The notes under the pieces were generated by a model, which had not been told where the DNA came from, searched no databases, and worked only from the letters and a program-made list of their open reading frames with translations. Made by a program: the position numbers and the translations under genes. Below are positions 1-8,146 of a stretch of DNA of 46,351 nucleotides, one piece after another. The DNA comes from Chthonomonadaceae bacterium (GTDB lineage: Bacteria > Armatimonadota > Chthonomonadetes > Chthonomonadales > Chthonomonadaceae): the NCBI GenBank assembly GCA_035650735.1, contig DASRGZ010000224.1, forward strand, positions 62,001 through 108,351, written 5' to 3'. Position 1 is the first letter of the stretch. Every line of letters begins with the position of its first letter.

Positions 1-650
1 CGGATAAAGCCGGAGGTCGCGCCGACCAGCTGCATGATGCGTATCTCGCGCCGCCGCGCGAAGACGGTCAGCCGGATGGTGTTGTGAACGATGAACAGGG
101 TGGCGATAAAGAGTCCCAACGCCGCACAGCCGCCGATGACTTTGACCACACGCGCGAAACCCAACATCGTCTTGACGGCCTGCCCGGCGGCGTTGACCGC
201 CTCGACCTCCGGGAAGCGCGCCTGATCCCGGAACGCCTGGGTCAGCGCGCCCACCTCGGAAGGGCTGGCCGGTTCCACCTCCAGAACGTCCGGCAACGGA
301 TTATCCGGCAGGGCCTCGGTCAGAGACGGCTCATTGGACTGCATCTGCTTCCAGGCCAATTCCTTTGTGATCAGGTGCACCGCCCGAATGCCGGGCAATT
401 GGCGAATGCGATCCCGCACCGCCAGCGTCTGCGGGCGCTCCACTTCTGTCTTCAGGAACACATCAATGCGGTCGAGCTTCAGCGGCTGCTGCTGGGCGAT
501 CTCGTTAATGCGATAGGCCGTCCAGACCGCCGCGCCCAGCACGGTCAGCGCCACCGTCACCGTGCCCAGCGCCGCCAGCGACATCAGGCCGTTGCGCCGG
601 ATATTGAGAAACGCTTCATGGATGAGAAAGCCCAGGCTGCTTAACGCCAC
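1..650 (-). CDS. ftsX: Cell-division ABC permease FtsX (5' part; runs off the window start)
   Basis: Manual translation from GTG at 650 (GGAGG RBS upstream) gives [39 protein letters not shown], later IVNTIRLTVFARRREIRIMQLVGAT. Overlaps the ftsE stop. Confidence 0.92.
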   Translation of the reverse strand, partial: MALSSLGFLIHEAFLNIRRNGLMSLAALGTVTVALTVLGAAVWTAYRINEIAQQQPLKLDRIDVFLKTEVERPQTLAVRDRIRQLPGIRAVHLITKELAWKQMQSNEPSLTEALPDNPLPDVLEVEPASPSEVGALTQAFRDQARFPEVEAVNAAGQAVKTMLGFARVVKVIGGCAALGLFIATLFIVHNTIRLTVFARRREIRIMQLVGATSGFI

Positions 651-1375
651 GCGCTCACCTCCCGATGGAAGACGACCGCCTCATCCTGCCGATAGGCGCC
701 GTGGGCCTCGTCGCGTACCAGCCGTCCCTGCGCGAACGCGATCACACGCCGCTGCATCTGATCCACAATCGCCGAGTCGTGGGTGGCGACCAGCACCGTC
801 GTGCCGCGCACGTTGATATGGTTGAGCAAGTGGACGATGCCCAGCGAGGTGTCGGGGTCAAGGTTGCCGGTCGGCTCGTCGGCCAGAAGCAGGGGCGGAT
901 CGTTGACGAGGGCGCGGGCGATGGCGACGCGCTGCTGCTCACCGCCGGAGAGCTGATGCGGAAAGGCATCCGGGCGGTGCGCCATGCCCACCATTTCCAG
1001 CGCCGCCGGAACCTGCCTGCGAATCGTCTGCCTGTTCGCGCCGATGGCCCGCAGCGCGAACGCCACGTTCTCATAGACGGTCTTGTTAGGAAGAAGGCCA
1101 AAATCCTGAAAGACGATGCCGAGCTTGCGGCGGAAGTGGGGTATCTCGCGGGGGCGCATGGCGGTCAGATCGTGCCCGGCGACCTGGATTCGGCCCTGGG
1201 TAGGTCTCTCTTCCCGGTAGAGGAGCTTGAGCAGCGTGGATTTTCCCGCTCCGGTCGGCCCCACAATGAAGACAAATTCTCCCTTGCCCACACGCAGGTT
1301 GACCTGCGCGAGCGCGGCGACTTCATTGCGATAGGCTACGCTGACGTCCTGGAGCTCGATCATAGGCGTGCTCAC
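641..1375 (-). CDS. ftsE: Cell-division ATP-binding protein FtsE
   Basis: Walker [37 protein letters not shown]; immediately upstream of ftsX. Start may be ATG 1363. Confidence 0.93.
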   Translation of the reverse strand: MSTPMIELQDVSVAYRNEVAALAQVNLRVGKGEFVFIVGPTGAGKSTLLKLLYREERPTQGRIQVAGHDLTAMRPREIPHFRRKLGIVFQDFGLLPNKTVYENVAFALRAIGANRQTIRRQVPAALEMVGMAHRPDAFPHQLSGGEQQRVAIARALVNDPPLLLADEPTGNLDPDTSLGIVHLLNHINVRGTTVLVATHDSAIVDQMQRRVIAFAQGRLVRDEAHGAYRQDEAVVFHREVSAWR

Positions 1376-1859
1376 GGCGCGGAAGTTGGGACTTATCCCA
1401 GATGCAAAATCACCGCCTGCCCCTCACTGCCCCCTATTAAAACATTTTTGCATGTCTCCTGTCAAGTCTTCGGGGCTATTGGAAGTGAATAAGAATTTCC
1501 TAAGCTGCCGTTCACCCTTCTGCATAAAAATGACTCTCCTCTCTCCTTGCGCAGAAGAGTGGTTTGGGGTGAGCTCTCTCAGGGTCCTTCCATTTTCCCG
1601 CCCTGCAGCCGGGCACGGAAAGTACCCGGCTATGGGGCCTAACGGCCAAGGCGTCCTCGCGGACGCCAAAAACGCAAAAACACCGAGAACGCAAGGACCC
1701 TGGAGGTCTCTTTTCCTGGCAGGTATCCTGCGTCTGACCGGAGAAAATACCGATACTTATAGGCAGGAGCGACCAACCCGCAAAGGGCAGAGTTTCGCAA
1801 CGTTCTCCCCTGCCTCCACCGTACTGAAAGAAAAAAGAGTCACGAAAGGATCCCCCTTT

Positions 1860-3005
1860 ATGAAAGGCGCAAAACCGGCTATCGTGGCACTTCTTTTCGT
1901 AGCCGCATTTTTGCTTGGATGCAGGTTAGGAGCCCCCGGGGCCGCTGCGGTGAGAGCGGCTAGTCCGGAACCGCCGGATCAGTTGGAGTCCGAGAATTGG
2001 CCGCAGCCGGCGCCGAAATTAATTGGCGGTCCGGAAGACTGGCTGAACACGGACGGCAAGCCGCTACGCCTTGAAAAAGGCAAGGTCTATTTGATTGATT
2101 TCTGGGAGTATACGTGCGTTAATTGCCTGCGCACCCTGCCCTATCTCAAGGAATGGAACCAGCGCTATGCCCAGGATGGCCTGGTCATCATCGGCATTCA
2201 CACTCCCGAGTTTGCCTTTGCCAAAGACCATCGCAACGTCGCAGCGGCGGTCAAAAAGCTGGGCATCACCTGGCCGGTGCTCATAGACAGCGAGTACAAG
2301 AACTGGAACGCCTACCATAACGTCTTCTGGCCGCGCAAGTATTTTATTAACGCCCGAGGCCAGATCGTCGCCGATCACGCGGGCGAGGGCGACTATGAGG
2401 AGAGCGAGGCGCGGATCCAGCAGCTCTTGCGCCAGGTCCATCCCGGCCTGAAGTTCCCCAAGCCGTTGGCCCCCGTCCGGGACACCGACCGGCCCGGCGC
2501 GGTCTGCTATCCCACGACGCCGGAGCTTTATGCCGGCCTGCGCGGCAGTCAGAACAATCAGCATGGCAACCTGGTGCCCTTTGAGCCGGGTCAGATCGTT
2601 ACCTTCACCGATCCCGGTGCCCCGCACGAAGATGGCAAAATCTACGCGCAGGGCGTCTGGCGCACCGAAATGGAGAGCCTACGCCACGGCCGCGCCACCG
2701 AGGACCTGCGTGATTATATCGCCCTGCGTTACCACGCGCTCGAATGCAATGCCGTCATCCGGCCCGAGGGCGGCCAGCCGTTCTGGGTTTTTATTACCCA
2801 GGATGGCAAGCCCGTCCGCCCGGAGGACAAGGGAGCCGATATTCGCTACGATGACCGGGGAAACAGCTATATTCTCGTAGACGAGCCCCGAATGTACAAC
2901 CTGATAAAAAACGCCCGGTTTGGCCGACACGAGCTGCGGATGGCGTCCACTTCACCGGACTTCGGCCTTTACTCCTTCACGTTTAGCTCGTGCGAGATAC
3001 GCTAG
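1860..3005 (+). CDS. Secreted redoxin/thioredoxin-like protein (DipZ-like Trx domain plus C-terminal domain)
   Basis: DFWEYTCVNC CxxC motif, GIHTPEFAF, WPRKYFI, GEGDY. Signal-like N-terminus from ATG 1860; the ORF-track extension back to 1368 looks non-coding. Confidence 0.82.
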   Translation: MKGAKPAIVALLFVAAFLLGCRLGAPGAAAVRAASPEPPDQLESENWPQPAPKLIGGPEDWLNTDGKPLRLEKGKVYLIDFWEYTCVNCLRTLPYLKEWNQRYAQDGLVIIGIHTPEFAFAKDHRNVAAAVKKLGITWPVLIDSEYKNWNAYHNVFWPRKYFINARGQIVADHAGEGDYEESEARIQQLLRQVHPGLKFPKPLAPVRDTDRPGAVCYPTTPELYAGLRGSQNNQHGNLVPFEPGQIVTFTDPGAPHEDGKIYAQGVWRTEMESLRHGRATEDLRDYIALRYHALECNAVIRPEGGQPFWVFITQDGKPVRPEDKGADIRYDDRGNSYILVDEPRMYNLIKNARFGRHELRMASTSPDFGLYSFTFSSCEIR

Positions 3006-3017
3006 GGTGACAATAGC

Positions 3018-3372
3018 CCTCACCCCCTAACCCCCTACTGCAAGGGTCGGGGCTGCAACGGATTGCCAGGGTCGGCCCTACAATGGTTCGCCCCTCCGCC
3101 TAGCGATCCCCAAGAACAGGGGAGGGGAGCGGCCCCCACCCCCTAACCCACTGCCAGGGTCGGCCCTACAATGGTTCGGGCCTCCGCCTGGCGATCCCCA
3201 AGAACAGGGGAGGGGAGAGCAGAAGCCAGGGTTTACCTCTGCCTGCGTAGGAAGGCAGCGGGCCGTAGGCCCCACAGCGATAGGGTTTAGCCTGCCGGGA
3301 GAGCAGAAGCCGGGTCCCCCCCTTCCCTGCCGCGTTAGCGGCGAATCAGGGAAGGGGCCGGGGGGTTAGGTT
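3018..3372. repeat. Composite intergenic palindromic repeat (REP-like family), two tandem modules
   Basis: GGGTCGGCCCTACAATGGTTCG and CCTCCGCCTRGCGATCCCCAAGAACAGGGGAGGGGAG each occur twice. Related sequence lies at 6.2-6.45 kb and 38.3-38.66 kb. Confidence 0.8.
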
Positions 3373-3426
3373 CACCGCGTATTCGAGCGCATTGGAATTC
3401 TATACAGAGCGTGCCGTGCGCTTGGC

Positions 3427-3455
3427 TTGACAGATCACCGGCGATTTGTTAACAT
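3427..3455 (+). promoter_or_regulatory. Sigma70-type promoter upstream of the Ser/Thr kinase
   Basis: TTGACA, 17-nt spacer, TAACAT, with a TG extended -10. Confidence 0.6.
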
Positions 3456-3601
3456 AGAGTGACGGTGATGCCAACACCTACCGTAAAAGCGTTGCGTAAT
3501 AACAGGCCGCGTTGGACAGGCAGCAGAAGTCTGTGGCTGCTTGCTGGACTCGCCCAGGCAGACCCCTGCATTACCGGCCAGGCATGATGAGGAGTGCGAC
3601 A

Positions 3602-5143
3602 ATGCCACAAGGGGCAGTCCTTGCAGAAGGAAGCTTAATTAATAACCGCTACCGGGTTCTGGGCTTGATCGGCGGCGGCGCGATGGCGCGCGTCTATCGG
3701 GTGGAGCACGTAGAGCTCGGTACCCTGCATGCGCTCAAGGAGCACCAGGTCGAAGCCGATACCGGCGAGACTCGAGAGAACATCATCACCGTCGCGATGA
3801 GTGAGGCGCGCCTGCTCAGCAAGCTCTCCCACCCCGGCATCCCCAAGGTGACCGATCTCTTCCGGGAAGGCGGCAAAGTCTATTTCGTAATGGACTTTGT
3901 GGAGGGCCAGAACCTCAAGAGCATTGTTGACCGCAACGGAGGCCGTCCGCTCGAGCTGCCGCGCGTGCTGCGCTGGGGCATCCAGGTCTGCGATGTGCTT
4001 CAATACCTGCATAGCCGCAACCCACCGATTATTTTCCGCGATATCAAGCCCGCTAACCTGATCCTGGGCACCAACGATACGATTACGATGGTGGACTTCG
4101 GCATCGCGCGCCGCGTCCGCCAGGGAGCCACCTCGGATACGATCATTTTTGGCAGCGCTGGCTACGCCCCGCCCGAACAGTATGGGCAGGGCCAGACCAG
4201 CCCACGCTCCGATATCTACGCCCTCGGCGCGACGCTGCATCACCTGCTGACCGGACGAGATCCCTCGACGGCGCCCTTCAAGTGGCCTCCCGTGCGCTCC
4301 CTAAACCCGGAAGTGCCTCAGGTGCTGGAGCGGCTGATCATGAAGTGCCTGGAGCTGGACCCAAACCGCCGCCCGGAGAGCGTGGAGACTATTCGTACGG
4401 GGCTGACCAACGCCCTCCGGCTGGTGGAAACTGGCAGCCTGATGCCGGAGGGGGAGGGCACGCGCGTCGGGAGCGGCGGCTTCTCGCTCGATCAGATCCA
4501 GACGGCCGTCGTCGAGTACCATCAGACCGCTCAGGAGAATGGGTCGGCCTCCACAACAGCCCAGCCCCATCCCGGCTTTATCCCCGCCACGGCCACGCCG
4601 GGCCGTCCGGGGAGTCTGGGGCTCAACTCCGCTCAGGCAAGCGTTACCGAGCCGGAACGCCCACGCTCGCGGCTGGCCCATCTTTCGCCCTTCCAACAGT
4701 TCCTGTTCACGGTGCTGATGGGCCTGATCGTCCCGACCCTGCTCTTCTGCGTGCTATTTCCATTTATCCGGCCCCAACTGGCCCCGCCCCTGCCGAAAGC
4801 AGCGCCCACGCCCGTCCAGAAAGACAGCGATAAGACGGTATACAATCGGCAATTGGCAGAGTATAACCAGGCGGTCGCCGCGCGCACGGCTTATGATAAT
4901 CTGGCCCCCATGCAGTTCACGCTGGATATACTGGTGGCGCTGGCGCTGTTCTTCGGGATCGTGCGCCCCAGGCGGCCCACCCGAACGGGGATGGTCATGA
5001 CGATGGGCGGCGTCCTGGGCCTGATCTGCCTGACGGGAGTGCTGCTCTTGCCGGCCCATGTTCCGCTCTTCATCGGGTTTGCGGCACTGGAGGGCCTGTT
5101 CCTGATTCCGGCCATCCTGCTGCTTGCCACAGACACGACCTAG
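3602..5143 (+). CDS. Hanks-type Ser/Thr protein kinase with C-terminal transmembrane helices
   Basis: IGGGAMARVY, ALKE, FRDIKPAN, DFG, GSAGYAPPEQ, SDIYALG; hydrophobic C-terminal segments; GAGGAG RBS before ATG 3602. Confidence 0.92.
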   Translation: MPQGAVLAEGSLINNRYRVLGLIGGGAMARVYRVEHVELGTLHALKEHQVEADTGETRENIITVAMSEARLLSKLSHPGIPKVTDLFREGGKVYFVMDFVEGQNLKSIVDRNGGRPLELPRVLRWGIQVCDVLQYLHSRNPPIIFRDIKPANLILGTNDTITMVDFGIARRVRQGATSDTIIFGSAGYAPPEQYGQGQTSPRSDIYALGATLHHLLTGRDPSTAPFKWPPVRSLNPEVPQVLERLIMKCLELDPNRRPESVETIRTGLTNALRLVETGSLMPEGEGTRVGSGGFSLDQIQTAVVEYHQTAQENGSASTTAQPHPGFIPATATPGRPGSLGLNSAQASVTEPERPRSRLAHLSPFQQFLFTVLMGLIVPTLLFCVLFPFIRPQLAPPLPKAAPTPVQKDSDKTVYNRQLAEYNQAVAARTAYDNLAPMQFTLDILVALALFFGIVRPRRPTRTGMVMTMGGVLGLICLTGVLLLPAHVPLFIGFAALEGLFLIPAILLLATDTT

Positions 5144-5167
5144 CAGCCAGCCGCTAACAAATCAGCA

Positions 5168-5204
5168 GGTGAGCCGGGCCGACAAACGGCCCGGCTCACC
5201 CTTT
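5168..5204 (+). terminator. GC-rich hairpin between convergent genes
   Basis: Perfect 14-bp stem GGTGAGCCGGGCCG-acaaa-CGGCCCGGCTCACC followed by CTTT. Confidence 0.65.
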
Positions 5205-5305
5205 GGCAGATGCCCTCAACCGTGCGGCTCCCTCTCAAAAGGTGCGTGCTCACGGAGCAAACGGTGAATGGCCTTAAATCCAGGTTAACCTGTGAAAGCT
5301 GCGGA

Positions 5306-6178
5306 TTAAGGTTTGCATCCGCGTATGGGGGCAGAGGGCAGATAGCTTCCCGGATTGCGGTTCCAGGCGGCGGGTTGGGTGTCGCCGGAGTAGTAGGGAA
5401 TCAGGGGTTCCATCCGTTTGCCCACCTCCCCTTCCCACCAATCCGGCGGCTCCAGCGGTTTCTTACGCGCGGCCACCGCTTTGATGGAGTCAGGCAGCGA
5501 GGCATACGCGGGCAGGTACCAGAGGGTGAGGCACGTCCGGCGCTGATCGGTCTGGTTGGCGTGGGCGGCATGGAGCACTCGCGCGTCGCCGATCACCAGG
5601 TCGCCCGCCTTTACGGGGACATCCACCTCGTCCGGGTGGCGCATAAATAGCGGCGAGTCCAGTGACGCCTCGTAGGTCTGGTCGGTGTGCGCCGCCGGAA
5701 GCAGGTCATGGAGCGGGATACGCCTGCGGTGCGTGCCGGGAAGAATGCGCAGGCAGCCGTTCTCCACGGAGGTATCCGTCAGGTAGTACATGAGAAAGAC
5801 CTGCGGCGGAATCTCACTCGCGCTGCACGGCTCATCCCAAGCCCACCAGTCCTGATGCCAGTAGAGCGGCGGGGCATGGGGCGGCTTGCTGAGCAGAAAG
5901 GCGCTCCACCATTTCGGCGCGTCAAAGCCAAGCGCGGCCAGGGCCGCCAGCGCCTTCGGCCAAGCAAACAGGCGGGCAAACACCGAATGCTGGTAGGCGA
6001 CGAAGATATTGCTGCCCTGATAGCGATAACGCTTCACGTCCTGGGGCGTTTGCCGCGCCAGCAGATCCTCCGTTACCTGCGTCAATTCTGCGAGCATGGG
6101 CCTGTCCAGCACCCCGACAAAGACACAGTAGCCGGATGAGAGGAGTTGCTGGCGCTTGGCGTGGTCACGTTCAGGCAT
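5306..6178 (-). CDS. Phytanoyl-CoA dioxygenase (PhyH) family Fe(II)/2OG enzyme
   Basis: WHQD, NGCLRILPGTH, GDLVIGDARVLHAAHAN motifs. Start placed at ATG 6178 because the upstream extension is repeat-derived. Confidence 0.85.
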   Translation of the reverse strand: MPERDHAKRQQLLSSGYCVFVGVLDRPMLAELTQVTEDLLARQTPQDVKRYRYQGSNIFVAYQHSVFARLFAWPKALAALAALGFDAPKWWSAFLLSKPPHAPPLYWHQDWWAWDEPCSASEIPPQVFLMYYLTDTSVENGCLRILPGTHRRRIPLHDLLPAAHTDQTYEASLDSPLFMRHPDEVDVPVKAGDLVIGDARVLHAAHANQTDQRRTCLTLWYLPAYASLPDSIKAVAARKKPLEPPDWWEGEVGKRMEPLIPYYSGDTQPAAWNRNPGSYLPSAPIRGCKP

Positions 6179-6198
6179 CCTGGAACCCCTTTCTGCTG

Positions 6199-6446
6199 AC
6201 CTAACCCCCCGTGTAGGGTGTAGGGTATAGGGTGTAGGGTATAGGGTCGCCCTCACCCCCTATCCCCCTCTCCCAATTTTAGGAGAGGGGGAACCGAGAA
6301 GCCAACGCTTTCCTCTCCCCTCCCCTGTTCTTAGGGATCGCAAGGCGGAGGCAAGGGCCGTAACCTTGCCGACCCTAGCAGTGGCCGAACCCATTGCAGG
6401 CGCGACCCTGGCAGTGGGTTGGGGGTGTGGGCCGCCGGGGGTGAGG
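6199..6446. repeat. Intergenic composite repeat including five GTRTAGG heptamers (6211-6247)
   Basis: Heptamer tandem, a CCCCCTCTCCC..GGAGAGGGGG hairpin, and a reverse-strand copy of the CCACTGCTAGGGTCGGCAAGGTTACGGCCC module seen near 38.44 kb. Confidence 0.8.
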
Positions 6447-6467
6447 TCTGTCCGAGTACGGAGGGAC

Positions 6468-7811
6468 TTAAACCTTATGTATCGGCAGTGACCAGGGCTT
6501 GCGATATTCCCGATAATAAGACTGGGTGTTCTTGCCGGCACGGCCCACGATATCGTTTTTGGCCTTGTCCCAGCGGACAGTCTCCCCTGCCAGCAGCGCG
6601 GCGTTAGCCAGGTGACAGACGATAGTGCTCTGCGCCACCGAGCTCAGGTTGGCGCGCGGCTGCGTGCGGGAGCGGATACAATCCAGCCAGTTCTGCCAGT
6701 GGTCGTTGACGCCGGGGGCTTCCTCCCGGGGCAGTTCCCGGCCCTCGCGGTCGCGGACAACCCAGCCGCCCCGCCAGACCATGACGCTGCGGCCATCCGC
6801 GCCGACGAACTCCGTCCCATGATAGGGACGGCCCGGATGGTCGCGCCCGGTCTCCCATTGGAGCACGAAGTCCGGGTTCTTGAATTTTAGGATCGAGACC
6901 ATCGTATCGGGTGCCGTGCGTTCATCGGCGGGATAGGCCAGCTTGCCGCCCAGGCTGGCGACCTCCACAGGCATCACCAGATCAGGCCCCGAGCTCAGGC
7001 CCAGCAGGCCGATATCGATCATGTGCACGCCCCAATCGCCGGTCATGCCGGAGCCATAGTTTAAGAACCAGCGCCAGTTGGCGTGAACGTGGTTGGGCTT
7101 ATACGGTTCAAAGGCCGCCGGCCCCACCCAGAGGTTGTAGTCCAGGCTGGAAGGCGGAAGTGTGATCTGGTCGCGGCCCACCTGTGCCTCGTCCGTCTTC
7201 CAGGCGCGCACGGTCGTTACCTTGCCGAGCTTGCCGGAGCGGACATAGGCAAGCGCGCTGACGAACTCCGGTCGGCTGCGCTGCCAGGTGCCCACCTGCA
7301 CGATCCGACCGAACTTCCGGACGGCGGCGTCCATGGCGAGCGCTTCAGTGATGTCGTGGGAGACCGGCTTTTCGCAGTAGATGTCCTTTCCGGCCTCACA
7401 GGCATAGATGACGGGCAGCGCATGCCAGTGATCCGGCGTGCTGATGATGACGGCCTGGATGTCCTTGCGCTCCAGCAGCTTGCGAAAATCGGTATAGAGA
7501 GCGGGCTTTTTGCCGTACTTTTTCGCGATGTTGGCCGCATGGGGATGCAAATGGGCCGCGTCCACGTCGCATAGGGCCGCGATCTCGACTTCCGGCTTGC
7601 CCATCAGGGTATACATATTGACCGGCCCCATGCCCCCGCAGCCGATGACGCCAAGAGTGATCTTGTCGTTGTGCATCCTGCGCTTGCGGCCCTCAGCTGG
7701 CTCCGCGCGCGCAGGTAACCACGCGAAGGCGCTGGAGGCTGCCACGCCCAGAGCGGTGGCTCCCTGCCCGGCTTTGCCGCAAAACTGGCGCCGGGAGATA
7801 CGTTCACTCAC
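6468..7811 (-). CDS. Tat-exported Gfo/Idh/MocA family oxidoreductase
   Basis: SRRQF twin-arginine leader, GVIGCGGMG, STPDHWH, YCEKP, DWGVHMID. Confidence 0.92.
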   Translation of the reverse strand: MSERISRRQFCGKAGQGATALGVAASSAFAWLPARAEPAEGRKRRMHNDKITLGVIGCGGMGPVNMYTLMGKPEVEIAALCDVDAAHLHPHAANIAKKYGKKPALYTDFRKLLERKDIQAVIISTPDHWHALPVIYACEAGKDIYCEKPVSHDITEALAMDAAVRKFGRIVQVGTWQRSRPEFVSALAYVRSGKLGKVTTVRAWKTDEAQVGRDQITLPPSSLDYNLWVGPAAFEPYKPNHVHANWRWFLNYGSGMTGDWGVHMIDIGLLGLSSGPDLVMPVEVASLGGKLAYPADERTAPDTMVSILKFKNPDFVLQWETGRDHPGRPYHGTEFVGADGRSVMVWRGGWVVRDREGRELPREEAPGVNDHWQNWLDCIRSRTQPRANLSSVAQSTIVCHLANAALLAGETVRWDKAKNDIVGRAGKNTQSYYREYRKPWSLPIHKV

Positions 7812-8146
7812 AATCCTTACTCCTTGTGGCTGGAAAACCAGGTGCTGGAAAGGTATTTGCGCGCGGGAGAGGTGATTTCCTGCCGGTCCCTTATAGAGAC
7901 AGGGCTATTCCGTTTGCGTGAATGGGAGGTTTCCCCTCACCCTTTATAGAGAAGTTACGCGCCTGGAGACCGGATGTTACCAGTGCGTGACCCTGTTAAG
8001 TTCTTCACAGGCGCCGTCAGCGGGCAGGATTCAGCCTGGATGACGCGAATTTAAGGGGCGACATTCTTGCAAAGGCCCTGCCCGCCGCGTCCACGCCGCA
8101 AGCAAGACCCAGAACGACCCCGCAAGCGATTGGAAAGGCAAGATTC

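Noticed and set aside
1368..1859. N-terminal extension of the redoxin ORF
   Set aside because: Lower-GC divergent intergenic region; the signal-like sequence starts at ATG 1860.
6179..6256. N-terminal extension of the PhyH ORF (LYPTPYTLHPT)
   Set aside because: It is the translation of the heptamer repeat.
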